DNA of 64,000 nucleotides from Alphaproteobacteria bacterium. Lineage in GTDB: Bacteria > Pseudomonadota > Alphaproteobacteria > UBA6615. The notes under the pieces were generated by a model, which worked only from the letters and a program-made list of their open reading frames with translations, was not told the DNA's origin and ran no database searches. Within the stretch, counting starts at the first letter, position 1. Each line of letters starts with the position of its first letter. The translations under genes and the position numbers were made by a program. Location: the NCBI GenBank assembly GCA_965261975.1, contig CBDHEC010000056.1, positions 96,001-160,000 on the forward strand, read 5' to 3'. This document shows, piece by piece, positions 27,141-36,926 of the stretch.

Positions 27141-27158
27141 CTCGCTCGAAAGGAGGAG
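27141..27158 (+). promoter_or_regulatory. ROSE-like RNA thermometer hairpin sequestering the SD
   Basis: CUC-G-CUC pairs with GAGGAG around a GAAAG loop, with the bulged G of the U(U/C)GCU motif. Confidence 0.65.
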
Positions 27159-27166
27159 TGACGGCA

Positions 27167-27619
27167 ATGCCACGTTTGTCCCCGCTCAACAGCCCGTTGA
27201 TGCTTGGATTCGATGAGTTCGAACGCACGCTCGAACGTATCTCCAAGGCCTCTTCGGACGGCTATCCCCCTTACAATATCGAACGCATCGGCGAGAATTT
27301 GCTGCGGATCACCCTCGCGGTGGCCGGATTTGCGCGCGACGATCTCGATATTGAACTCGAAGACAGCCAGCTCACGGTGCGCGGCCGCCAGGCCGAGCAG
27401 GAGGCGCGGGAGTATCTGCATCGCGGGATCGCCACGCGCATGTTTCAGCGCAGTTTCGTGCTGGCAGACGGTGTCGAGGTGACGGCGGCGTCGCTCGACA
27501 ATGGCCTGCTGCATATCGATGTGTCGCTGCCGCGGCCCGAACGCAATGTGCGCAAGATCGAGATCGAAGGCGAGGGTTCGCCAGCCCTCGATATGGAGAC
27601 GAAAGGACAGGCATCATGA
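27167..27619 (+). CDS. Hsp20 small heat-shock protein (IbpA-like)
   Basis: YPPYNIE, ITLAVAGF, YLHRGIA.R.FQRSF.LA and NGLL. Confidence 0.92.
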   Translation: MPRLSPLNSPLMLGFDEFERTLERISKASSDGYPPYNIERIGENLLRITLAVAGFARDDLDIELEDSQLTVRGRQAEQEAREYLHRGIATRMFQRSFVLADGVEVTAASLDNGLLHIDVSLPRPERNVRKIEIEGEGSPALDMETKGQAS

Positions 27620-27825
27620 TCATGAATGATGAAAAATTCAGCCCCGATCAATTTGCGGCGCTGGGCGTCGATCGTGTTGCCTATGTGCGCCCGGCAGTGG
27701 TCGATGGCCGCACCGTCTATGCGATCCACAATGCCGACGGGAATGAAATGGGCATGATGGCCGAGCGCGACATCGCGTTCGCGGCGGTCAAGCAGCATGA
27801 CATGGAGCCTGTCAGCGTTCACTAA
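27616..27825 (+). CDS. DUF1150-family small protein
   Basis: VAYVRP...YAIHNADG...AFAAVKQHDMEPVSVH; typical position after alphaproteobacterial sHsp genes. Confidence 0.8.
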   Translation: MIMNDEKFSPDQFAALGVDRVAYVRPAVVDGRTVYAIHNADGNEMGMMAERDIAFAAVKQHDMEPVSVH

Positions 27826-27850
27826 GTGGGCGCGCTGACGGCGCGCGGAC

Positions 27851-28333
27851 TTAGCTGGCGGCGCGAAGCGTCTCGGTGGCGGTAAAGCCGGTCTCGATCA
27901 ACAAGGCGTAGATGGCATCCGGGCTGTCGGAACCACGCAGCTTGTCGCAAAAGGCCCGGTCGCGCATGATTCGCGAGACCCGCGCGAGCGCCTTCAGGTG
28001 GTCGGCGCCGGCACCCTCTGGGGCAAGCAGCAGAAACACCAGATCCACCGGCTCATCGTCGATCGCATCGAAATCCACGGGCTTCTCGAGACGTGCGAAC
28101 ACGCCCTGCAAATGGCCGAGCCCGGGCAGTTTGCCATGGGGTATCGCAAGGCCGGCGCCCACACCGGTCGAGCCCAGGCGTTCGCGTTCGACCAGGATAT
28201 CGAACACCCGGCGCGCATCGGTTTTGAGGATTTCGCCCGCGGCTTTCGACAGTTCCTGCAGGACCTGTTTCTTGCTGGTCGCATGCAGGTCGGCGATGAC
28301 GCTGCCCGGTTCGAGAATGTCTTCGATATTCAT
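27851..28333 (-). CDS. ptsN: PTS IIA-like nitrogen regulatory protein
   Basis: ERERLGSTGVGAGLAIPHGK and HLKALA. Confidence 0.93.
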   Translation of the reverse strand: MNIEDILEPGSVIADLHATSKKQVLQELSKAAGEILKTDARRVFDILVERERLGSTGVGAGLAIPHGKLPGLGHLQGVFARLEKPVDFDAIDDEPVDLVFLLLAPEGAGADHLKALARVSRIMRDRAFCDKLRGSDSPDAIYALLIETGFTATETLRAAS

Positions 28334-28343
28334 GAGCTGTCCG

Positions 28344-28937
28344 TTAGGCCTCATTGTCCGGGCTGTCCGGCGCATCGATCCAGCCGACATTGCCGTCTGC
28401 GCGGCGGAAAACCACGCTCATGCCGCCATGTTTGGCATTGCGGAAAACCAGCGCGTGTCCGTCCGCCAGGTCCATGCGCATCACGGCCTCCGAGACCGTC
28501 AGGCTTTCGACCGAGGTCTGGTTCTCGGCGATGATCACCGGATTGTCGTCGGTCGGGACGTCATCGGACATATCCTCGTCGCCGGCATAGGGCGCGATGA
28601 CATATTCGGGCATCGTCGGGGTGCTGATCGTTTCGCGATCCTGGTGATGATCGCGCAGGCGTCGCTTGTGGCGCCGCAGCCGTTTGGCCAGATGCGCCAG
28701 GGCCACGTCGAAGGCCGCGTAGGGATCATCGGCTTCCTCATGGGCGCGCACGTGAATGCCGCGGCCTACATGCATGTTGATGTTGGCGCGGATTCGATAG
28801 GCTTCGCGCGACAACACCACGCTCGCGTCGACGGCGTCGGCGAAATACTTGTCCGTCGTATCGGTGATCGCGTCCTCGATATGGGAACGCAACGCGTCGC
28901 CCACATCGATCTGCTGTCCTGTCACATTGATTTGCAC
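28344..28937 (-). CDS. hpf: ribosome hibernation promoting factor (long HPF/RaiA)
   Basis: MQINVTGQQIDVGDALR, KRLRRHKRRL and C-terminal VFRRADGNVGWI; lies between rpoN and ptsN. Confidence 0.92.
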   Translation of the reverse strand: MQINVTGQQIDVGDALRSHIEDAITDTTDKYFADAVDASVVLSREAYRIRANINMHVGRGIHVRAHEEADDPYAAFDVALAHLAKRLRRHKRRLRDHHQDRETISTPTMPEYVIAPYAGDEDMSDDVPTDDNPVIIAENQTSVESLTVSEAVMRMDLADGHALVFRNAKHGGMSVVFRRADGNVGWIDAPDSPDNEA

Positions 28938-29218
28938 GGTTTGGAACGCCGTCTGTCGTTAGAAAAACTAGTCTCGGGGCCGCCATTGGGTGGCCTCGTT
29001 ATTCAACGCTTCGTTTCTTGTTGTACGTGTGACCTGCATCAATGCTGGTCGCGACGCTGCTTGTCTTTTGTTCGTACCGACCGTCTATCGCGCGGTCTCG
29101 CTTTGCGGCGCGGAACTTAGTCAGGCGCCGGGTGAGTGTCAATACGGGCGGTAGCCTGTATCAGCGAGATGGGAAGATGGGTCGATTTTTCAAGTAACAG
29201 TCTGGGACTAAACGAGAA

Positions 29219-30694
29219 TCACCCGGCGGCCCGTTTCATGCGCCGGCGTTCGACAGAAGACGGAATCTTTAGCGAATCCCGATACTTGGCGACAGTTCGC
29301 CGGGCTATTTCCACACCCTCGCCGCGCAACATATCCACAATCTTGTCGTCGGACAGAATGGACTTGGCGGATTCGTTGTCGATCAGCAGTTTGATCTTGT
29401 GACGTACCGATTCGGCCGAATGGGCCTCGCCGTCGGTCGTGCTGCCGATTGCCGTCGTGAAGAAATATTTGAGTTCGAACAATCCGCGCGGGGTCGCCAT
29501 GTACTTGTTCGTCGTGACACGGCTGATGGTGCTTTCATGCAGGCTGACGGATTCAGCGATGTCGGCCAGGATCAGCGGTTTCAGATGCGCCACGCCGAGA
29601 CGGAAGAATGCGTCCTGCTGGCGAATGATCTCGGTCGCGACTTTCAGGATGGTGCGCGCGCGCTGGTCCAGCGCCCGTACCAGCCAGTTGGCCGCCTGGT
29701 AACGTTCCTGCACGAACTCCTTGTCGTCCCTCTCGCGCGTGACGGCGTTGATCTCGGCGTAATAGGCCCGATTCACGAGCACCCGCGGCAGGGTGTCGTT
29801 GTTGAGCTCGATCTCCCAGCCGCCGCCTTGCTTGGGGCGCATCATCACGTCTGCCGTGATGTATTCGGTGCTCGCGTAATCGAATTCCGCTGCTGGGTTC
29901 GGGTCCAGCGTCTTCAGCTCCGCCAGCATGTCGACCAGATCTTCCTCATCCACGCCGCAGGCGCGGCGCAGGCCGGGCAGGTCGTGCTTGGTCAGGAGGT
30001 CGAGATTGTCGAGCATGGCGCGCATCGCGGGGTCGAGGCGGTCACGTTCGGCCAGCTGCAGGGCGAAACATTCGATCAGATCACGCGCGAAGACGCCGGT
30101 CGGCTCGAAGGCCTTCAGGGTTTCGAGGACCTCGTCCACGAGCGTGATTTCACAACCGAGCTGTTCGGCCATCTCCTCGGTCGAGGCCGTCAGGAAGCCG
30201 CGATCGTCGAGTGAATCGATCAGTGCGCGTCCGATCAGTCTGCGGGTCGGATCGGCGATCGACAGATCAAGCTGGTCGGTCAGATGCTCGCGCAGCGTCA
30301 CCTCGCTGGCCATCGTCTGGTCTATCCCGGGCAATGAATCGCTGTCGCCGCGCGGTGCGGGTGCGCCGGCGCCCGCCGCGCGGAAAGGGTCGTCCTGCAG
30401 GACATTCGTGTAATCGGTATCGAGGGGGGCTTCGTCCGACCCCAGGCTGTCGCTGCTGGTCAGGGTCGCGGCGTCACCGTCGTCGCCGGAATTGGTGGCC
30501 GCTTCGGCCGGAACGCTCTCGTCTTCAATAACCGCATCTTCGCGCTCGAGGAGTGGATTCTCCTCAAGTTCGGTTTCAACGAAGGCCGCCAGTTCAAGAT
30601 TTGACAGTTGCAACAGCTTGATCGCCTGCTGCAACTGCGGCGTCATGACCGGCGCCTGCGTCTGTCGGACGTCGAGACGCGTTGTCAGAGCCAT
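29219..30694 (-). CDS. rpoN: RNA polymerase sigma-54 factor
   Basis: TPQLQQAIKLLQL, HESTISR and the RpoN box ARRTVAKYR. Confidence 0.97.
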   Translation of the reverse strand: MALTTRLDVRQTQAPVMTPQLQQAIKLLQLSNLELAAFVETELEENPLLEREDAVIEDESVPAEAATNSGDDGDAATLTSSDSLGSDEAPLDTDYTNVLQDDPFRAAGAGAPAPRGDSDSLPGIDQTMASEVTLREHLTDQLDLSIADPTRRLIGRALIDSLDDRGFLTASTEEMAEQLGCEITLVDEVLETLKAFEPTGVFARDLIECFALQLAERDRLDPAMRAMLDNLDLLTKHDLPGLRRACGVDEEDLVDMLAELKTLDPNPAAEFDYASTEYITADVMMRPKQGGGWEIELNNDTLPRVLVNRAYYAEINAVTRERDDKEFVQERYQAANWLVRALDQRARTILKVATEIIRQQDAFFRLGVAHLKPLILADIAESVSLHESTISRVTTNKYMATPRGLFELKYFFTTAIGSTTDGEAHSAESVRHKIKLLIDNESAKSILSDDKIVDMLRGEGVEIARRTVAKYRDSLKIPSSVERRRMKRAAG

Positions 30695-30706
30695 GGTTAA
30701 CGTCTT

Positions 30707-31492
30707 CTACAGACTGAATCTTTCGCCAAGGTAAACACGTCTTACATCGGCATGGGATACGATTTCGGACGGTGCGCCGCTCATCAGAACGGTGCCCTCA
30801 TGCAAGATATATGCCCGATCGACGATATCCAAGGTCTCACGTACATTATGATCGGTAATTAATACACCGATACCGCGGTCCTTGAGGTGGCTGACGAGGT
30901 CGCGGATGTCGGCCACCGCGATGGGATCGATGCCGGCGAGGGGCTCATCAAGCAGGATGAAATGCGGCTGGCTGGCCAGCGCGCGGGCGATCTCGACGCG
31001 TCGGCGTTCACCGCCCGACAGGGCCAGCGCCGGCGTGCGGCGCAGGTGGCTGATCGAGAATTCGGCCAGCAGGTCGTCGAGCATGGCCTCGCGCCGGTCG
31101 CGCTCGGGTTCGATCACTTCGAGGACCGAGCGGATATTCTGCTCGACCGACAGACCCCGGAAAATGGACGCTTCCTGCGGCAGATAGCCCACGCCAAGGC
31201 GTGCGCGCCGGTACATCGGGAGTTCGGTGATGTTGTGCCCGTCGAGGGAGATCGAGCCCGCGTCGGCGGTGAGGAGGCCGGTGATAATGTAGAAGCAGGT
31301 CGTCTTGCCCGCGCCGTTCGGCCCCAGCAGACCCACCGCTTCGCCCTGTTTGACGACCAGCGACACATCCCTGATGACCGGGCGCTTGCGGAAACGCTTG
31401 CCGATATTGCGGACGACCAGCCCCTCATTGCTGGAGACCAGCCGCGGCTTTCCGTCGGCGCCGATGTCACGTGGGGATGTTTGGTCCGTCAT
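30707..31492 (-). CDS. lptB: LPS export ABC transporter ATPase
   Basis: GPNGAGKT, YLPQEASIF, LSGGERRR and ITDHNVRETL. Confidence 0.96.
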   Translation of the reverse strand: MTDQTSPRDIGADGKPRLVSSNEGLVVRNIGKRFRKRPVIRDVSLVVKQGEAVGLLGPNGAGKTTCFYIITGLLTADAGSISLDGHNITELPMYRRARLGVGYLPQEASIFRGLSVEQNIRSVLEVIEPERDRREAMLDDLLAEFSISHLRRTPALALSGGERRRVEIARALASQPHFILLDEPLAGIDPIAVADIRDLVSHLKDRGIGVLITDHNVRETLDIVDRAYILHEGTVLMSGAPSEIVSHADVRRVYLGERFSL

Positions 31493-32319
31493 TGGTTTCC
31501 ACTTGATCCCGGGTTGAACGGGCTTTTGGCCTTGGGAAGAAAAAGTCCGCGCACCCTTTCGCCCGACGGCGAAGAGAGCAGACGACTCTCACCCGTCTCC
31601 AAATTAACCTCTGCGCGCTCACCGTTCAATTGGGTGTCTCCGCGGGTGATCTTGACATTGCCCGTCACCGTGGCGATGCCCCGTGCGGGATCATAGTCGC
31701 CTTTCTCGGCGCGCACGATATCGGTCGGGGTCGAAACCAGGACATTGCCCACAGCATCAATGCGGTTCATCTCGGCCTGCTGGTTGCCCTCGCCGAAATG
31801 CGCGGTCAGCACGTCGGCGCGCACCCGACGATCGCCTCGAACGGCCAGCGCATCACCCCGCGCGACGGCCAGTTGCTGCGTCTCGTGATACTCCAGGCTG
31901 TCTCGCGCGGTGATGGTGTCTTCCGCGGTATCCAGTCGGATGTTGTCTCCGGTCATTACCAAAACGCCGCTGTCGATGTCGTAGACCGCCTTGTCGGATC
32001 GCGCGACCTCGTTCGTCGAGAAGATGCGCACGTTTCCATTGGCATCGATGCGGTAAATCTCGTTCTCGCCCGCAGCGTTGGGTCGATAGAAGGCGATCAG
32101 TTCGTCACCCTCGACCGTCACGTCCCCCTGGCGCGCACGTGCGTTCCCGCGTGCGACATAGAGTCGGTTGGCCCGCTGCCATTCGATCCCGTCATCCGCC
32201 TCGATCTGGATCGGTCCGTCACCGCCCCGGCTGAAGCCGAGGGACTGGGCGTCAGCGGTTGCGGGTGCCATGAACCACAACAAGGCCGCGAGGGTCAGAA
32301 TGTGATGTGTCCGGATCAT
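31489..32319 (-). CDS. lptA: LptA/OstA-family LPS transport protein (two OstA repeats)
   Basis: Signal peptide; PIQIEAD...ARGNA repeats; lies between lptC and lptB. Confidence 0.85.
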   Translation of the reverse strand: MIRTHHILTLAALLWFMAPATADAQSLGFSRGGDGPIQIEADDGIEWQRANRLYVARGNARARQGDVTVEGDELIAFYRPNAAGENEIYRIDANGNVRIFSTNEVARSDKAVYDIDSGVLVMTGDNIRLDTAEDTITARDSLEYHETQQLAVARGDALAVRGDRRVRADVLTAHFGEGNQQAEMNRIDAVGNVLVSTPTDIVRAEKGDYDPARGIATVTGNVKITRGDTQLNGERAEVNLETGESRLLSSPSGERVRGLFLPKAKSPFNPGSSGNQ

Positions 32320-33020
32320 TTCGGTGGTGTCGCTCCCTCGAAGACGGTCAGGCGTGCCGGGCCGAGAAACAGGACCCGCGCCCCCGAATCGAGCACCCGG
32401 AAACCCTCCGCATCGAGGATCCCGAATGGGCCCTGGCCCTGGACCGGATCATCGCCCGCTGCGGTGCTCGTTACCAGATCGACCCGGGCGGTGGTGGTTT
32501 GAAACTCGTAACCCTGGTCGTGGAACAGGTTCACGTCACCAGAGAGGTGGAGAGTGTTGGTGTTGGCCTCGAAACGGCCGTCGATGGCCGTAAGCGCTAC
32601 CCAGGACCCGTCGGCCAGTACGATGTCGGCCTTGGGGTTGGTCAGGTCATAAATTTCGCCGCCATCCTTGCCATCTCCGCGGGCGCCGAAATCGGCGGTG
32701 ACCTGAAACGGCCGGGCGGCCGAGTAAATTCCCTGCAGGCGCGGATTGAGCACCTGGGGTTTGGCCCCGCCGGCCGGGCCAACGGCTTCCAGGTCGATCC
32801 GAAAGCTGTCCTCGTCGGGTGAAAGGCGCGGCCAGACGGCGACCAGAACCAGCAGCGCAAAGGCGATGCCGGGCAGCAGGTACTTCATTGTCGAGACAAT
32901 GCGCGAACGACCGAACCCGCTGCGCCGTCGTCGCGGTGCGGCACCCATACGGGTCTGGCGTTGCCGGCGTGTTTCGCCGGGTGTTCCGGTCCGTGGGGCC
33001 GTGTTTCCCGCGTCGCTCAT
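32316..33020 (-). CDS. lptC: LPS export protein LptC
   Basis: Single TM (KYLLP...VWP); LSGDVNLFHDQGYEF; operon position. Confidence 0.82.
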   Translation of the reverse strand: MSDAGNTAPRTGTPGETRRQRQTRMGAAPRRRRSGFGRSRIVSTMKYLLPGIAFALLVLVAVWPRLSPDEDSFRIDLEAVGPAGGAKPQVLNPRLQGIYSAARPFQVTADFGARGDGKDGGEIYDLTNPKADIVLADGSWVALTAIDGRFEANTNTLHLSGDVNLFHDQGYEFQTTTARVDLVTSTAAGDDPVQGQGPFGILDAEGFRVLDSGARVLFLGPARLTVFEGATPPK

Positions 33021-33027
33021 GCCGTGT

Positions 33028-34020
33028 TCAGGCGATTCCTGCGCGCAGGCAGTCATGAATATGCAGGATTCCCACCGGCTGCCGGTCCTCGGCCACGAAC
33101 AGACTGGTGATCTGTGTCGCGTTCATCAGGCCGAGTGCCTCGGAGGCCAGCGCCTGGGCGCGGATGGTTTTGGGGTCAGGTGTCATGACGTGACCGCAAG
33201 TTAGCTGCAGCAATGTGTCTGACATATGGCGCCGCAGATCGCCGTCCGTGATGATCCCCGTGAGCTGGCCCTGATCGTCAATTACCCCCGCGCAGCCAAA
33301 ACCCTTGTTGGTCATCTCCAGAATGGCATCGCCGACGGAGGCATTTGCGTCGAGCAGCGGCAATGCTTCTTCGCTATGCATAAGGTCGCCGACGCGCAAC
33401 AGGTTCTGCCCCAGTTGACCGCCCGGATGCAGGACCTGGAAGTCTTCGGCCGTGAATCCGCGCCGGTCGAGAAGAGCAATGGCCAGCGCGTCACCCACCG
33501 CAAGCATGGCGGTGGTCGACGTCGTGGGGGCCAAACCCATCGGGCAGGCTTCGGCGACGGCCGGCAGGAGCAATGTGCAATCCGCGTTCTCGGCCAGGGA
33601 CGAGCCGTCGCGACCGGTGATGGCGATCAGCGGCACATTGAAACGGCGGCAATAGTTGATCACATCGCTCAGCTCCGGCGTCTCGCCGGAATTGGAAAGT
33701 GCGACCACCACATCGTCATGCGCGATCATGCCGAGATCGCCATGGCTGGCTTCACCTGGATGAACGTAGAAAGACGGTGTGCCGGTACTCGATAGGGTGG
33801 ACGAAATCTTGCGGGCGATATGACCGCTTTTCCCCATACCGGTGACGACGGTACGGCCGGTGGCACGATGGACAAGATCGACCGCCATGACGAAGCGCTC
33901 ATCCAGAGATTCGCCCATCACCCGCAACGCATCCGCTTCAAGCCGAAAAACGCGCTGCGCCGCGTCGATGTCTCGCGACGCTTCGGTTGAATTCGAATCT
34001 GTTTTGGCGGTCCCGGTCAC
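33028..34020 (-). CDS. kdsD: KpsF/GutQ arabinose-5-phosphate isomerase (SIS + CBS)
   Basis: TGMGKSGHI, EASHGDLG, APTTSTT, HPGG and TDGDLRR. Confidence 0.93.
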   Translation of the reverse strand: MTGTAKTDSNSTEASRDIDAAQRVFRLEADALRVMGESLDERFVMAVDLVHRATGRTVVTGMGKSGHIARKISSTLSSTGTPSFYVHPGEASHGDLGMIAHDDVVVALSNSGETPELSDVINYCRRFNVPLIAITGRDGSSLAENADCTLLLPAVAEACPMGLAPTTSTTAMLAVGDALAIALLDRRGFTAEDFQVLHPGGQLGQNLLRVGDLMHSEEALPLLDANASVGDAILEMTNKGFGCAGVIDDQGQLTGIITDGDLRRHMSDTLLQLTCGHVMTPDPKTIRAQALASEALGLMNATQITSLFVAEDRQPVGILHIHDCLRAGIA

Positions 34021-34168
34021 GGTTGGGTCAATCGGATCTTTTCAAACGGTGGATCGATCCGGGTAACAAGCAAGAAATCCCCGTGAATCAATCGGTTGCA
34101 GTATGAGTTGTACGTTATGAATCGTCAAATCCGCCACCGGAATCCGACCGTTGGGACGACGCGACCCG

Positions 34169-34792
34169 TTAATTATGGGCGAGCAGGTCGATTTCCGGCC
34201 AGCCGGCCAGATCCAGGGCGGCACGCGCGGGGAGGAAATCGAAGCAGGACTGGGCCAGGCCTGCGCGGTCGTGGCGTTCGAGCATCGCATCCAGCCGCAG
34301 CTTGAGCTCGTGCAGGAAAAACACATCGTTTGCGGCATATTCGAGCTGCTCCCGGCTGAGCTCGTCGGCGCCCCAGTCCGAGGATTGCTGTTGTTTCGAG
34401 ATATCGACGCCGAGCAATTCGCGGCACAGATCCTTGAGGCCATGCCGGTCGGTGTAGGTGCGCACCAGCCGTGATGCGGTGCGTGTGCAATAAACCGGGC
34501 TGGCATCGACGCCGAGATACTGGCTGATGGCGGCGAGATCGAAGCGGGCGAAGTGATAAAGCTTCAAACGATTGCGGTCGGCCAGGAGGGCCTTGAGGTT
34601 TGGCGCGTCGTAAGCGTCACCCGCATTGGCCGGAAACTGGACCAGATGCGCCACCCCGTCGCCCGCCGACAATTGCACCAGGCACAGCCGGTCGCGCAGC
34701 GAATTGAGCCCCATCGTCTCGGTATCGACGGCGATCACATCGCCCAGGGCGATGCCATCCGGCAGGTCGTTTTGGTGCAGCTCAATATCCAT
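34169..34792 (-). CDS. rnd: ribonuclease D-like 3'-5' exonuclease
   Basis: AVDTETMGL, HFARFD, SKQQQSSDW and YAANDV (DEDDy). Confidence 0.88.
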   Translation of the reverse strand: MDIELHQNDLPDGIALGDVIAVDTETMGLNSLRDRLCLVQLSAGDGVAHLVQFPANAGDAYDAPNLKALLADRNRLKLYHFARFDLAAISQYLGVDASPVYCTRTASRLVRTYTDRHGLKDLCRELLGVDISKQQQSSDWGADELSREQLEYAANDVFFLHELKLRLDAMLERHDRAGLAQSCFDFLPARAALDLAGWPEIDLLAHN

Positions 34793-34947
34793 GGTGAAGT
34801 CCCGATGTTGATGGGGCGCCATGTCGCGCCAAGCGGGCGGTTGCTAAACCTCGATGTCACAGCTGTCAACTGAGCTTGGCAGAATGCGCGGCCCGGCGCT
34901 ATACAGCGGTTGAGTCCGCAATCGCGGAACATCAGCGGAGCGAAGAG

Positions 34948-35901
34948 ATGGCGTTACGTCGGGTGACGGTATTTGGCGGGTCGGGGTTTCTCGGCCGATA
35001 TGTGGTCGAGCGGCTGGCAGATCGCGATCTGATCGTGCAGGTCGCCGTTCGTGATCCGGAGGCCGCCAAGCATCTGCGCACGCTGGGTCAAGTGGGGCAG
35101 GTCACGCCCTTTGCGTGCGATGTGACCGATGCCGCCGCCGTGGCCCGCGCGGTCGACGGCGCGGATGGGGTGATCAGTCTTGTCGGGATCCTGGCCGAAC
35201 GCGGCCGTCAGACATTCAAATCCGTGCATGTGGATGCGCCGGCCGCGATCGCGATCGCGGCGGCGAGTGCCAAGGTGGAATCCGTCGTGCATGTATCGGC
35301 AATTGGCGCGGCGCCCAACGCGCTGTCGGAATACTCCCGGTCGAAGGCGGCCGGTGAGGATGCAGTGCGCGGCGCATTTCCCGACGCGGTGATCATGCGT
35401 CCGTCCGTGATCTTTGGACCGGAGGACGGCTTCTTCAACCTGTTTGCCGGGCTCGCCCGCATGTCACCGGCCTTGCCGTTGTTCGGCGGGGGCAATACAC
35501 GCTTCCAGCCGGTTTACGTGGCCGATGTCGCCGATGCGGTGGTGGCGGGCCTGACCGACACCGCGGCCCGGGGCAAAACATACGAGCTGGGGGGCCCGAG
35601 AGTCGCCAGCTTCGCCGAGTTGATGACATTGATGCTCGACCAGATCCGCCGTAAGCGTCTCTTGTTGTCGATCCCGTTCTTTGTCGGCGATATTCAGGCG
35701 ACCTTTGCCGGCCTCCTGCCGAACCCGCCGGTGACGCGTGACCAGATGAAGTCCCTGCGTGCAGACAACGTCGTGAGTTCGGACGCGGCAACGCTGGAAG
35801 ATTTGGGAATATCGGCCACCGCGATGGAAGCAATTCTGCCGACATATTTGCACCGATACCGGCGCGGCGGACGGTTTGGTCGAACGTCGATGGCGCAGTA
35901 G
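34948..35901 (+). CDS. complex I NDUFA9-like NAD(P)-binding protein
   Basis: VFGGSGFLGRY, YSRSK, RPSVIFGPED and FQPVYVADVA. Confidence 0.88.
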   Translation: MALRRVTVFGGSGFLGRYVVERLADRDLIVQVAVRDPEAAKHLRTLGQVGQVTPFACDVTDAAAVARAVDGADGVISLVGILAERGRQTFKSVHVDAPAAIAIAAASAKVESVVHVSAIGAAPNALSEYSRSKAAGEDAVRGAFPDAVIMRPSVIFGPEDGFFNLFAGLARMSPALPLFGGGNTRFQPVYVADVADAVVAGLTDTAARGKTYELGGPRVASFAELMTLMLDQIRRKRLLLSIPFFVGDIQATFAGLLPNPPVTRDQMKSLRADNVVSSDAATLEDLGISATAMEAILPTYLHRYRRGGRFGRTSMAQ

Positions 35902-35917
35902 AAGCGCGCGGCGGTTG

Positions 35918-36721
35918 CTAGAAGGCGCCGTACACCCAGCCCAGGATCAGCGCGCCCAGCGCCAGGCGGTAGATCGCGAACGGCCCGAATCCACCAAACC
36001 GCAGCCACCGCAGGAACAGCGTGATCGCAAGCAGTGCGGCGACGAACGACAAGCCTGCGGCGATCAGCGCGTCTCGGGTTAGTACGGCGTTGCCCGTTTC
36101 GATCAGCTGGAGACCGATGAGCAGGCCCGCACCACCGATTGCCGGCATCGACATCAGCATCGAGAAACGTGCGGCCTCGCCACGGTCGTAACCCAGAAAA
36201 CGGGCGGCGGTAATGGTGACACCCGAACGGCTGGTGCCGGGGACCAGCGCCAGCACCTGGGCGATGCCGATCACCAGGGCGTGCGGAATGGTCAGATGAT
36301 CGAGCTTCAGGATCGTCATGCCCATCCGGTCGGCCAGAAACAGAAGCACGCCGAAGCCGATCGTGGTCCAGCCGACGACTTCCAGGGTGCGCAGATGGTT
36401 CGCGATCAGGTCCTGGGCGAAGTAGCCGGCAATGATGACCGGGATGGTCGCGATCACCAGATAGCCCGCCAGCCGCGCGCCGTCATGCTTGCGTCCGCGC
36501 ACGCCATCGAAGAGGCCAACGATCATGAATGCGAGGTCGCGCCAGAAATAGACCGCCACGGCAAACAATGTGCCGACGTGCACGGCCACGTCGAGGATCA
36601 GAGTGTTTTGTGACAACCCCAATGCTTCGGACGCCATGCGCAGATGGCCTGACGAACTGACCGGCAAGAATTCCGTGATGCCCTGAATTATGGCGAGAAC
36701 GGCGATTTCGAATATTGGCAT
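35918..36721 (-). CDS. uppP: undecaprenyl-diphosphate phosphatase
   Basis: QGITEFLPVSSSGH and PGTSRSGVT. Confidence 0.95.
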   Translation of the reverse strand: MPIFEIAVLAIIQGITEFLPVSSSGHLRMASEALGLSQNTLILDVAVHVGTLFAVAVYFWRDLAFMIVGLFDGVRGRKHDGARLAGYLVIATIPVIIAGYFAQDLIANHLRTLEVVGWTTIGFGVLLFLADRMGMTILKLDHLTIPHALVIGIAQVLALVPGTSRSGVTITAARFLGYDRGEAARFSMLMSMPAIGGAGLLIGLQLIETGNAVLTRDALIAAGLSFVAALLAITLFLRWLRFGGFGPFAIYRLALGALILGWVYGAF

Positions 36722-36926
36722 GGCGCTCGGTCCCGACACTGGAAGGAGATCGCCTTATAGCACCCGGTTTCGCGCCGGGGTATGGGATTGCACATGCATG
36801 CATACCGTAATCTGCACCCTGTTTTTGGCATTCGAAACATCCGGTCCGGGCATGTTGTCCTGGCGGCCGGAGATGCTAGTGTCCGGCGATAATCTGACTC
36901 GGTAGGTATCTGAAAACGAGGGCAGC

